Notes under the pieces: model-generated | The model's input: only the letters and a program-made list of their open reading frames with translations | Databases searched by the model: none | What the model was told of the DNA's origin: nothing | Position numbers and translations under genes: made by a program | From: Ascoidea asiatica JCM 7603 | Lineage: Eukaryota; Fungi; Ascomycota | Direction: 5' to 3' | Length of the DNA: 64,000 bases | Assembly: GCA_001600695.1 (NCBI GenBank) | Contig: BCKQ01000023.1 | Coordinates: 38,354-102,353, forward strand | Shown: in pieces, positions 31,803-44,812 of the stretch | Layout: each line of letters begins with the position of its first letter | How positions within the stretch are numbered: position 1 is the first letter of the stretch

Positions 31803-31964
31803 ATGTCAGGAAATCCATTAACATATTGGAGATGCTGTGAATGCAATTGGTGTCATATTTGGACTCAATGGAGCTGTGAGAAATGTTATCATTTGAAATG
31901 CAAAAAATGTAAGAATTCTTCTACTGGAGATGTTTACACCAGAGATGAATATCCAATGCAATAG
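31803..31964 (+). CDS. 53-aa Cys/His-rich putative zinc-ribbon microprotein (not in ORF track)
   Basis: MSGNPLTYWRCCECNWCHIWTQWSCEKCYHLKCKKCKNSSTGDVYTRDEYPMQ*, containing WxCCxC...CxxCxHxxCxxC. A at -3, an upstream TATATAAA near 31657, and tandem stops TAG TAA. Confidence 0.7.
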   Translation: MSGNPLTYWRCCECNWCHIWTQWSCEKCYHLKCKKCKNSSTGDVYTRDEYPMQ

Positions 31965-32281
31965 TAAAAGTATTTCGTGCTGGTTGGTGAGTCTGGTCTT
32001 TAGTCTGGTCTTTAGTCTGGAGTAAGCAATACATCAATGTAATATAATATAATATAATATAATATAATATAATCATATAATATAATCATATAATATAGTA
32101 ATAGTCATATAATATAGTAATAGAAGCAGTAAAAGTAATACCCAGTGATAGAAGTGTTCTGTGTTCTTGTTCTGTGTTCTTGTTTGTTTTGTGTTTGTTT
32201 TCATTTTCGCGCTGGTTACGTAATCCGGATGCAAAGCACGGACCTGTTACAAACCACGCATCGGATAACACAACAACCGCG

Positions 32282-32288
32282 TCACGTG
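32282..32288 (+). promoter_or_regulatory. Cbf1-type E-box TCACGTG upstream of CAND1
   Basis: GTCACGTG in a GC-rich island about 250 bp upstream of the ATG at 32537. Confidence 0.45.
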
Positions 32289-32536
32289 CCGCACCCAATA
32301 TAATAACTCAGTTCAGTAAACGTTAAGCGCCCAGAAATAGAATATAAATAAAGGTGTAGAAATGGAAATAGATGAGAACTGACTAATAAACAGAGAAACA
32401 TCTACCAATTCATCTCTAATTCATCTCTCATTCATATCTCATTCATATCTCATTCATCCATAAATGATTCATTGAATATCATTCTTTTAATAGTCGCTAA
32501 TTCATCTCAATTCAATATATTCAATCAATTCAATCA

Positions 32537-33982
32537 ATGTCCTCAGAGAAAATTGATATAAAATTATCATCCCCTGATGATTTCTTTTCAAATCTAAAAA
32601 GTACTGATTCTGATATAAGATTTATGGCTTTAAATGATTTAAATAAATTATTTAAAACAACTTTAGATTATCAATCTTTTTTTCAACTTCAATTATCTTT
32701 ATCTTCTGATTCATTTTCAATAATAAATTTTAATACAATTTCAAATATTGATATAAATTTATCAAATTTAACACAATCTAAAATTTTAAAATTTTTAAAT
32801 TTTTTAAAAATTAATAATAAAAAATTAATTTCTGAATTAATTTTAATTTTAAATGATTTAAATTCTGATGTTTCAAATCAATCTTTAATTTTATTTAATT
32901 ATTTTATAAAATTTTATAAAATTTTAAATTTAAATTTTAATTTAATTTTAAATAATTTATTTATACCTTTAATAAAACTTTCAATTCAATTTAATTTAAA
33001 ATCTTCAAATTTAAATAAATTAACTTTAAATATATATTCAATTGCAATCAAAAATATATTATCTTCAACAAATTCAAATTCAAATTCAAATTTAAATTTA
33101 AATTCAATTTCAGATTCAGATTCTGATTTGAATTTGAATTCAGATTTAATTAATATCTTAAATCAAAACTCAGATTCAGATTCAGACTCAATCTTAAACT
33201 CAGACTCTGATTCAAATTCAAATTCAAATTCAAATACAAATTCAAATACAAATGCAAATACAAATACAAAATCTTTAATTGAAAATTTCTTAATTCCATA
33301 TATTTTAAATAATTTCAATTATAATTCAAATAATTATTCAATTGATAATTTAGATATTTTAAATCATTTTTTTAAAAAAATTGGTTTTATTTTATTTAAT
33401 AATTTTAAAATTTTAAAATTTAATCAATCTTTATTTCTTTTCTTAATTAATTTATCTTTAAATCATCAATATTTAAATAATAATAATTCTTTAATTATTA
33501 AAAAATCAAATATTTCTTTATCTATTTTAAGTAAATTTTTAAATTTATCTCAATTTCATGATTTCTTAAATTTAATTTTATCTTTTAATAATTCAAATTT
33601 AAATTCAAATTCAATTAATATTTTACAAAATAATTTAAATAAAATTATATTATTAAATTCAATTATAACTTCAAATTTAAAAAAATTTAATAATTCTCAA
33701 TTTAATAATATTTTTACAAATTTAATCTTACCAAATTTATTCTTAATTTTTTTTGAAAAAAATTTAAATAATTTTAATCAAATTGAAAATTCAATTGAAT
33801 TTAAAAATTTAAATTTAAAAAATTTTCAATTTATTGATAATTTAAGAATTAATTCTTTAAATTTATTAATCTCTTTATTAAATATTAATTCAATTCAAAT
33901 TAATCAATATTTAAATCAAATTTTATTAATCTCAAATTATTTCTTATTTTATGATCCATATTCAACTCTTGATTCAATTCAA

Positions 33983-34039
<57 letters not shown>

Positions 34040-34351
34040 CAAGATGATAATAATAACAATGATAACAATGAAAATGATGACAATGACGATGAAGATGAAT
34101 ATAATGATTTTGATTTCTCAGATGATGAAGATTATTATGATGATGAAGAAAGTTTTGATCAATCTTCAAATTTAAGAATTTTATCAAATTCAATCTTACA
34201 AAATTTATTTAAAAATTATTCTTCTGAAACTTTAAATTTAATTTATAATAATCAAATTTTTGAAAATTTAATTAATTTATTATCAATTGAAAATAATGAA
34301 TCTGTTTCATTATCTATAATTAAAACTTTTTCAATATTTTTGGATTTTAAA

Positions 34352-34384
<33 letters not shown>

Positions 34385-36841
34385 TTAATTAAAAATTTAA
34401 ATATTTATATTCTTAAAAAAATTAAATCAATTAATACTTTTAATAATGCTTTAAATTTCGTAATTCAATTATCAAATAATTCAGTTTTATTCAATTCAAC
34501 TAATATAAATTTAATTTTATCTTCAATTTTAAAAGTTAAAAATAATTTAAATATTAATACAAATTCAAATTCCAATTTAATTGATTTTTATAATTCTTTT
34601 TTCAAAAATTCTATAAATTTAAATTTACTTAATAATAATATTTTAAAAATAATTTTATTAAATGATTTATTTAATTCAATTTCAAATCAAAACAATTTGA
34701 TTTCAATTAATTCTATAAATACTTTATCTAATTTTTTTGAAAATTATTCAATTAATAATTCAAATTCTGAAATTATTAATTTTAATCAATTAATTAATTT
34801 ATTATTTATTAAATCAACTTCTTTTAAGTCTCATTCAAAAATTAGAAATATTTCCTTATTATCTTTGAAAAATTCTTTCAAACATTTTAATAATAATAAT
34901 AATATTAATAATAATTTGAATAATCGAAAAATTATTTTAAATGCTTTAGAAATAAATTTAAATTATGAACCAAGTATAGAAACTTCAATTGATTCAACTA
35001 TAGAAATTTTAAATCAAATAAATGAAAATGATAATAAATTTATACCTTTGATTAATGAAAATTTAAATAATTTTATTCAAATTTTAATCACATTTTTAAA
35101 TTCAAATTCAATCAATTACTCAAAATTTTCGAATTCTTCTTGGAAATTAATTATAAAAATTAATAATTTTAAAAATTTTAAAATTCTAGATTCAATTAAA
35201 CAAAATTTATTAAATGATTATTTATATAATAATTCAAAAGATCCAATTCAATTAGATTATTCAATTCAATTAATTTGTTCCATTTTATCTCATGAGAATA
35301 ATTTAAGTGAAATTCAATTAAATTCAATTTTAAATCTAATTAGTTTCTCTTCTTTAATATTGAACCCAAATTCAAACTCTTTGAATAAATTAGCTAAATT
35401 AATTTCATTGAAATTTTCTTCTATAGATTCTGAAAATATTTTCAATAAAATTTTTACTTCAAATGATTTAAAAAATAAAATAATATGTTCTTTTTTAGCT
35501 TCAATTGTATCTTATTCAAATTTAACTTCTATCATTGAAAAAAGTGAAAATGATTTATTTTCAAATAATGGTCTAAAATCTTCTGAAAAAGTTTTTCTTT
35601 TATTTTTAATTGGACATGTAGGAAAATTTCAAGATTTAAAAAACCTAAATATCAATTATTTTTATAATGAATTAAGTAACAATGATGAAGAAATTCAATC
35701 AGCTGCTTCTGATGCTATTTCAAATATCATTTCAAGGGATTTTGAACATTTTATTGATGATTTATTAAAATATATCACAAATAAAAAGAATCCTCAAAGA
35801 AAATTATTATTACAAGCTTTAAAAGAAAATTTGAAATCATTTGATCATAAGAATACTGAATGTTTAAATCAAATCTGGGAAGAAATTTTCAATATTCAAG
35901 AAAGTGAAAAATCTAATGAAGAAGCTGACTCAACTCTTTGTTCCGAATGCTTGTCATTAATGTGTTTATCTGATGATAATTTGATTTCTCATATCTCCAA
36001 TTTTTTTGAAAATAATAATATTAAAAAAGCTCATATTCCTTCCTTATTCACAAATCTCAATACTATAAAATATCTTGTTTCATCAATGAATTCAAAAAAT
36101 ATAGATTTTAAAGTTTCTCCCTTAATCACATATGTTATTGAATCAATTGGTCATCAGGATCTTGAAGTAAAGCAGCTTGCCCTAGGGACTGTCATTTCAT
36201 ATTTGCATAATAAAGATAATAAAATTACTTCTATTTTACCAAATCTTCTAGATGCCGTATTTGTTGAATTAACTCCAAGAAAAGAATTCTTTAAAATAGT
36301 TAAAATTGGGTTTCAAAAGAATAAAATCGACGAAGGTTTAGGGTTGAGAAAATCGGCTTATGAAATTTTGTTTACGTTAATTACAAATGATGAATTAATT
36401 AAAAATATGGAAAAGGAAATACTATCAGCAGTGGATTCCAAGAACAATCGGTTATTGGAGGGCTATTATGGAATTCTAAAATGTTCAATTAATGTAGGTT
36501 TAAAAGATGATGACGAGATAGTATCAATTGTTTGTTTGTTAATACCTAAGCTCATGGAAATCATATTAAAAAAGAGATATACTCCTTTTGATAACTTTTT
36601 AATCGAACCCGACTTAAATAGCTATGATTTGTGTTTGGATAATTACATTTTTCTAGTCGGTAAAATCTTTTCAAAGAATATCTCAAAAACTGCCTCGAAA
36701 CAAGACATTGAAAAAAGGGAGGACTCTAAAAAAGCAATTATCAAATGTAATCATGAAATCCGAAATTTATCTTCCAAACGAGATTATTTTTTGATTAATT
36801 CATCAAAGTGGAACAAATTTTTTCACTCAACAAAATACTAA
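32537..36841 (+). CDS. CAND1: Cullin-associated NEDD8-dissociated protein 1 (CAND1/TIP120; Lag2-like), HEAT repeats
   Basis: N-terminal DSDIRFMALNDL, YDPY plus an acidic loop (FSDDED), and a C-terminal TIP120 motif (VKIGFQKNKIDEGLGLRKSAYE). Confidence 0.88.
33983..34039. repeat. (AAT)n microsatellite encoding poly-Asn in CAND1
   Basis: About 19 uninterrupted AAT units. Confidence 0.9.
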
Positions 36842-37634
36842 ATTTTCAAACCAGATGTAATTTACCAAAGTTTCATTATTTTTAAAGGAAATTTTTTATA
36901 CAAAATTCCTTTATTTTTAGCCTTCTCTTCTCTAATAGTGTTAATGTATCTACAAACTTTCAAGTCTTATATAGAAAGCATTGAAATTGAACAAACGAAC
37001 TTCTTCTAAAAGATCATATGCCAGTAATTAAAATTCACATATTGTTTCATATGAACATTTTGTTTTTTATCAAGTTTATTAGAGATAAGAGAGTATTCGT
37101 GAATAAATGAGATAATTTCTGTAAATAAATATGAACTTCTTTGTTTCGAATTAATTACAATGAATACAAATAAGCAAGTGTCAAAAGCTGAAAACAAATC
37201 TGCGAATTGAATATAAAATAACTAAACTAATTAAAAACAAGATAGAAATGTTGAAAAGAAGATAAAATATGACTGTTTTATAAATTACATGCTAAAATGT
37301 TATTTTTTTAGTTGATAAATCGAAATTCAAGACTAGTCTGGAAACAAAATAAATATTTCTGCTTAAAAGAAAAAAAAATTGAAAAGATACAAAAAAGTAT
37401 AGTAACAAAAGATATAGTATATTAAATAAAAAACAACTCAAAATATACAAAAACTAAAGTATTCAACTAATAAAACTGCTAAACATTTTAAACAATGTTT
37501 TGGTGTGATTCATGATTATAATAAAACATAATGTAAAAGAGACAAGACCAAAACTATAGATTTACATTAAAAAAACACAAAAATAAAAAGTAAATATGTC
37601 TGAATAATAATATTGACTTCCAAAGTTGAAAAAT

Positions 37635-39095
37635 TTATTCAGGAATCTTATCAGAAATTGATTTTGACAGAGATGCCATATCTTTATTATTACTTCCACC
37701 ATGAAAAGTTTCAAAACTATTTTTATTATTCATTGAAGTTCCTACAACTGAGGAATCATATGTCCTTGAAGAGGAATAACTTCCTTGACTATTAAAAGTT
37801 TGAGACTGAGTGCTTAAATGTGAAATACCTGAGCTTGAAGTGGTTGAAGAGAAATTTGGTTGACGATTGAGAGTTCTTCTATTACTAGGAAATTGAGCAA
37901 GCAGAGCGTGATGTGTTAATGAAGGATTGGTAAGAACTAGTTTTTCAGAATTATTAATCAATATGTTCTGAGAATGTCTATGCTGAAGTTGAGGGTTATA
38001 TGAACCATGATTACCAACTGGTGGAGTAGCTGTATTAGATAGTGCTCCTAGAACTGTTGGCCTAGGAGCACCTGGAAAAGAGTCATCAGAAAGCCTTGAA
38101 AACTCACCTTGAACAAACTGATTTGGAAACCTATTTTCTGGATAAATTCTTTGATAAGGTTCGAAATTTGTTATTGCAACATTTTGATAACCAAATGGAT
38201 GTAAAGGAGGTACTATGGAAGGAATATTGTTTGTAGGTTGTGAATAATAAGAGTAATTACCCCAATTGTTACTGAAAAACTGATATTGACTATCAAAATA
38301 AGGTGAATGAGATATATATGGAATAGTCTGTGTTTGAAACACTCTAGTCTCCGTTTGTGAAAAACAATAATCAGAAATTATAACCGGATTTTTATTTGCT
38401 TGCAAAGTGAAAGTTTCAGATGCCCTTGATTGATTTCGTTTGGAACTTCTTGGATAATCAAATTCAATAACCTGATTGTTATGTTCTTTTGGTATCAGTT
38501 TTCTGCATTCAACTAGTTTTCCTTTCAAGGTAATGTGGCTATGTTGGCTTAAAAACGAATCTGCATCTTTTATGTTTGCAAATGTTATAAAACCAAAACC
38601 TCTTGAAGTATCACCAATATTTTTAATTTGAGAATCAATAATTAATCCATAAGGACTGAAAGCTTCTTTAAATTCTTCCTTAGTAAGATTGAAAGGTAAT
38701 CCCCCAACAAATATTTTTCCAAGGCTCCTTCTTTCTTCCTCACTCATAGCTTTCTTAACATCAATAGTTTTAAAATCAACATTATGAATTTCGCAGCCCA
38801 AAACTTTTTCAATAGACTCCTCTTTTTTAAAAGTTAAGAATGCAAATCCTTTAGATATATTTGTGTTGAAATCTCTAATAACTTGGCAATTATCAATCTC
38901 ACCAAACTGAGAAAAATATGTTATCAACGTTTTCTCAACAGTGATTAAATTTAATCCTCCTATAAAAAGTTTTCTATTCTGCTCATTTTTGTTATTATTA
39001 ACATTAAAATTGAAATTAGTTAGTGGATTGGCATTCGTGTGTTTTTTCTTTTTATTACGGTCAGTATTAGAACCACCTTTGAAATTAGAATACAT
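37635..39095 (-). CDS. Two-RRM RNA-binding protein, Hrp1/Musashi family, with S/N/P/Q-rich tail
   Basis: RNP2/RNP1 pairs KLFIGGL...KGFAFLTF and KIFVGGL...RGFGFITF, with linker IDVKKA. Confidence 0.88.
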   Translation of the reverse strand: MYSNFKGGSNTDRNKKKKHTNANPLTNFNFNVNNNKNEQNRKLFIGGLNLITVEKTLITYFSQFGEIDNCQVIRDFNTNISKGFAFLTFKKEESIEKVLGCEIHNVDFKTIDVKKAMSEEERRSLGKIFVGGLPFNLTKEEFKEAFSPYGLIIDSQIKNIGDTSRGFGFITFANIKDADSFLSQHSHITLKGKLVECRKLIPKEHNNQVIEFDYPRSSKRNQSRASETFTLQANKNPVIISDYCFSQTETRVFQTQTIPYISHSPYFDSQYQFFSNNWGNYSYYSQPTNNIPSIVPPLHPFGYQNVAITNFEPYQRIYPENRFPNQFVQGEFSRLSDDSFPGAPRPTVLGALSNTATPPVGNHGSYNPQLQHRHSQNILINNSEKLVLTNPSLTHHALLAQFPSNRRTLNRQPNFSSTTSSSGISHLSTQSQTFNSQGSYSSSRTYDSSVVGTSMNNKNSFETFHGGSNNKDMASLSKSISDKIPE

Positions 39096-41011
39096 TTGCT
39101 AATATTTGATGAATCTTGAAGGAATATACTATGAATTAAATTTTTTTTTTTTCTGTATTAGTACTTGGCCAAGCTTAAATTTGAGAAAATAAAAATTTTG
39201 GAGGCTAGTTTTAAGAGAAATTGCAAACTGTAATAAGGCAAAAAACAATATTAGAAAATAACTATTAGAATCTGATTGAAAATAAAAGTTCAACAACAGA
39301 AAATAGCAGAAAATAAATGACTATATTTACTTTATTGCAACAAGAAAAGAAAAAAAGTAAAAGGATAATATGATGTAAAATAAGATAAAAGGAAAAGTAT
39401 AATATAATATAATATAAGATAAGAAAAAAGTAAAATATGATGCCAGAAACAATCTAATAATATTATAAGTTAAATTCGATTGAATGGTTTTTAATTTGTT
39501 TAATTTAGTTTGATATGATAATATCTGTTCTGTGAATTTAGAATTTTAATTCAATGGTGGTTTTTGATTATTGATTATTGATTATTGATTATTGATTGTT
39601 AATTGTTGATTGTTGATTATACTTGATACAAAAGAAAAAAAACTTATGGAGCAAGAAAAAAATTAAAATTAAGGATTAAAAATTACGAATTAAGTACTTG
39701 ATACTTTGGTTATGCTATATGTGAAGAAGCTTTGCCGGTTTTTGAAAATCAAACTAGAAGCTATTATGATCTGGATTTTATTATTGAAAATGATAAAAAG
39801 TTTTGAGTTTCATAAAATATAAAGCAGAATTCTTAAGGAATATCCTAATATTTGAAAAATCAGCAAAATAATTTGAAAAATTGTATAATATTTTACAAGT
39901 TTAATGATTCTTGATTTGTTTTCAGTAAAGTAATAGTGAAAACTAAAATTATAATTAATTGACTATCTAGGGATATTTTTACTTCTTGAGAATCAAGTAA
40001 ATTTAGTTTTAACAATCTATTATAATGTACACTAAATATATAAGTATAGAAACCAAAAAAGGCTGATTTAATTTTGAAGATCAGAGTTAAGAAATTATAC
40101 AAACTAGAACAAACTAATATAAATAAATAAATTTGAGGTTGATTGGATTAATTTTAGCTTTTGATCAAGTGCAGTATTAATATCTTTTTACGAATTTGGA
40201 TTCTGATTCTGGTGAAACTCAAATATTGATTTTGTTTTGTTGACTTCTTGAAAACTTTGAATAGGCTGGTTGGATGTTTTTCTCTTTTTTGTTTATTCTT
40301 CTTGAAACTTGAAATGATAGAACTGTTGATAAATAAATATAATAAAAAAAAAAATGAAATTGTATTTTGAAAATAGTTAAGTCTTTTAGAAAAACAATTA
40401 TTTTTTGTGAATTATTGATATAGCAAACTTGATTTTAATTCTTTTCTTGATAATATAATGAATTATAAGATAATAAAAAAAAGTGAAGTGAAAACCAGAA
40501 CTTTTTATAAGGAATTTATGGAATATTTAAATAAAAATTTTCCTGATTTTTAATAAGAAATATCTAAAATAAAATAAAAACACTTAAATAACTTACAAAA
40601 CTTAAATTAAACAAAATAAAATAAAATGAAGCCCAATAGGAAAATGATGAATTCAAATTAATTGAATACAATGAAAAGGAAATAAAAAAAATTGATAGTT
40701 TTTCTTGTTTTCTTTTGAAAACACAAAGCAGGTTGAATAAAATTGAAATTATTTGAATAATTATTTAATGAAAGGTTATAATAAGATTGCTTCAACCACT
40801 TTTTGCACAAAAGAGTAAGCTGAGTTGAGCATATGTAACTTTAATAAGGAAAAACAAAAAGTAGAATTAAAATTTAGATTTAAATTAAAATTGAAGTTGA
40901 AATTTAAAAGTAAATTCAGTATTTAATTTTGAGGTCTCAGTCTTGCCTTGCTAGTTAGGTGATTAATAGTTTAAATATTTTAGAATTTTCATAATTGTAC
41001 AATGCAAAAAC

Positions 41012-41049
41012 GTACAAAGTACAAAGTACAAAGTACAAAGTGCAGAGTA
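41012..41049. repeat. 7-bp tandem repeat (gtacaaa)n
   Basis: gtacaaa x4 plus one degenerate copy. Confidence 0.75.
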
Positions 41050-44000
41050 AAAAAGTAATAGCGTTCAAAGTAGAATGAAGTAAAAGAAAGTGAAACAAAT
41101 AAAAATAAGCAAAGGAAAGAAATCGAGAAAATGAAAAAAAGGGAGAAAGAAAGAGAGAAAAAATAAAGGAAATCAAGAAAGGTATATTAAGGCACATATG
41201 AAGAGAATTGAAGCGATAATCGAATATAATGCAACATAATACTGTACAATATAATATAAGAACAGTAAAACAGAATCTTTTTGTTTAGTGTGATAGACGT
41301 TGAAAAGACTATTATAACAAATATTATACTTAACACTATAATCTTGTAACGCTATTAATATTAATGTAAATGTTGAAGTTCATTTAATTTGAATTAACTT
41401 GAATTAATTTGAATTGGCTTTGAAAATGATTTCGAGATTAAATAAAGATGTTTATGATTGGATGAGATTGATATAAATGATTAATTTGATATTGTGTAAA
41501 CATCGGAAATATTAAAGGGGTTAGTTTTGTAAACTTTCAATAAAGTTGAAAATGGAATTGGAATTGAATATGAATCACGAATCACTAATGGAAAATTAAG
41601 AATTGTAAGCATTATAAAAATTACTAACGATTAATAAAGGATGTAATGAAATTAAAAGAACCGTAAGTATATTTGAAAATGCAATGCATCAGAATGATAA
41701 TACAAACAAAAAAGTTAAAATTGAGTTTTGAAGATTGTAGTTGCTATTAATTTTGAATCAATTTTGATAAAATAATAAAAACAGAGCTGAATTTGATTGT
41801 TTATCTAAAAAATTTCTCTTATTTATTTTTGAACCCTTACAATTTGTAGGTACTCTGGAAATTCCGTAGAAAATTTTTTTGAACGATAATAATTATTTTA
41901 ATTTCTATTGATAGAATTTAATTTGAATATATTCCATAATCAACCAAGTTAGTAAAATCATACGTATAATAATTTGTATGTGTAATATTGAAAACTCTTG
42001 TTCTTTCGTAAAACATTAAAAGGTGGTCATTATGAAAGTAGAAGAAATTACTTGAATTGGTTTAAATGCAGTGAATTGTAAAGAATTATCCTGTTAGTTT
42101 ATAAAAATACCCATCCATAATAATTAAATCCATTATTAATAAATAATTAGATAAACAAATAAAGAAAGAAACAAATAAATATGAACTCTAGAAACTGTTT
42201 AAGTTTCGAACTTTAATTAGTGGCTGAATGATTTTGCAGGAAATTACCATTTTTTGACTAAATTTTTGGAATATTATTTATTGATAATAGAAATTATTTA
42301 CTTATCAGCAATTTATCAAATAATTATCAGATAATTTCACAAAGCTGTTACGTATTTTTCATATATTCATTTCACATTCATTCTATATTCATTTTTTAGT
42401 CAAATTAGTAAAATTAGTCAAATAAACCGGTCTCTGTTGGAAGGTGGCAATGCAGCGCTTTCTACCGCATGTTTCTGCCTCCTTTCACGGAGGCGTTTTG
42501 AGGCAAACGTACGTAAGAGATACTTGGTGGACGCAAGTAGCAGTGTAATGGACGGAGACAGCGCTGCGGATCAAAATCCGCATTTTTTCAGCCGCAGACC
42601 TTGACTGCAGTCTTGTGCGTGTGTGCACATCCCTTTCGGTGAAGAAACAGCACTCGGCAATCAGGCGCCGCTGGCAAGCGTTCCGGAAACCATCCGGCCA
42701 CAAATGATCCATCGTCACCGAATTTACGTAATTTTCAGCTTATATCGGATATTCATGATTCTTCAATTAAAAAAAAAAACTTCAGAAGCTTAATATTTTA
42801 ATTTACTATAATAACTTATGATAGTGGTTAATAACAATACTAGTTATTAAAATACTGGTGGTGTATTATAGTAGTGTAAATAATCATTTATAAATGCCAT
42901 TATTACGATATGCATTTGGCTTTAAAATCAAATTGAAATTGGCCACTTCAAACCAAAATGATAGTTGATTGATAAAAAAATTCTTTTCATGAAATTAAGT
43001 GACAAAATCATAATAGTTAACTCGTCTAAAAATCTTTAAACTGTATACGGTAAGTACATTTATAGATTTCGAGACTATTCTTACGTAGGTTTTTGTAATA
43101 CTTAGTACTTTCAAACAGATCTTCCAGAATCATCAAAATACTATTAATTGTATTGCAATTGATTGATAAAAAAAGAGGATATTTTGTTTTTTTTTGTCTA
43201 TTTTTTTGCATAGGATTTTACCAAATTTGAGGCGTGTTGCAGGTAACTAAGAATAAATGTATGAATTATAAAAAGATATAAATTATGGTAAGAATATAAG
43301 CCTTCTCAGCATTAAAAAATTCATTTTTCAAAATATTTTTATTTAAAACAATATTAGCTCTATTTACCCTACTGATGTTATAAAATTTAGTGGCCTGATA
43401 AAAACGAATTTTTAAGTCTATTACACATTTTTTAAGAAATTCATCAACTACCCTCTCAGTTCTTAAGCAATTATTGTTTGTATACTCTTTATATATTTTA
43501 ATTATTACTTTTATACCGCAAATTTACCAGTACAATTGTTTGAAAAATGAAATAAATATTAAAAAATAAAAAAAAAATTGATGACTGCAAATAATTATTT
43601 CTTCAAATAAATATTTTGAACAGTTTTAAATATACCAAATATTCCCCAAATGGCACCTTTAAATTTCAATTTACAACCAATATTCAATTCAACATTGAAT
43701 ATTTTAACCATTAACCTTAACATCAAATTGCAAACCAGAACATTGAACGGGCTGTTCGCGAACATTTTATGTTAAAATACGTTTGTGTCTTGTGTCCAGA
43801 AACTGAAAGCACAGATGATGCACTATTTTTGTACTATTATGCATAACAGAGGCTGTTAGCAAACTAATGAACTGTTTTAAACGCATTCTCCAGTGAGTTT
43901 CTGGATCAGCAGACACTTCCAAGCACAAAACAACTTAAGACCAACGTTTCATAGTTTGTCTCTGTGCACAGAACCTTAGCCAACAAACAAGAAGTATAAC

Positions 44001-44812
44001 GGTGCTTGCCAACGCAAACACTGCTATTTTGTATAGTGTACAATCACGCAGCTTTCATTGAACCGAAAGAGTTAAATTTCAGTAGTTACCCTACAATATG
44101 CTATGTAGTACACACATACACGTACCGAAGAAGTACTTAAGTGCAGTTATTTCCGAGGGAAAAAGACCGGAATTTACCGGTAGAAACTATTCTTACTTTT
44201 CTTATTCCAAAAGCTATATCCGTCTTTATTTCAATGATGAAAAATTAATGTGAAAATAAATGAATTCTTTTAAAAAAAGAAGAAAATTTGAATTATCTTT
44301 TCACTCAAAATAAAAAAAGACTACTACTAAGAACTATGCTCTTCATTTATACATTATATTTTTTCTCAGATAGACAAATAATTAAAAGTTGTCACAACCA
44401 TATGGTAACCATATTTTAGTATAATTATACTATAATCTGTATGTGGTTATCGAACCAATTCTTCTCGTCCGTTAAAATTATTGCCAATTCAGAATGAATC
44501 CAGGATTGCGGGTCTCTTTTTTTTAGACTCTTTGTTAAATCCAGAAACTCAACCAACAATTTGAAAAGTAGCTTTGAGTTTTAATTGCCTGGTAAAGAAA
44601 CACTAAATAAAATACTATAACTACTGCAGCAGTAATGATTAGTTTCAAAATACTTAAATATCAGCAAATTAATCAATTGAATGATTATTTAATTCATTGA
44701 TTGTTTAAATTGAAATATATAATGTAAACTCACTTATTCTTTTTTGCTTATTTATGTGGTGATAATTTAGGAAACCTTGTGAATTAACAAAAAGTAAAAA
44801 TAAAAAGTAACA

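Noticed and set aside
33900-34193. Poly-Tyr and poly-Ile ORFs
   Set aside because: Alternative frames of the (AAT)n microsatellite in CAND1.
42423-42800. RNase P RNA identity for the GC island (minus strand AAAUUCGGUG ... ACCGGUUUA, P4-like)
   Set aside because: The GGAA of CR-I and a CR-IV are absent, and a long T-run lies where P1-P3 would be. Kept only as a generic ncRNA candidate.
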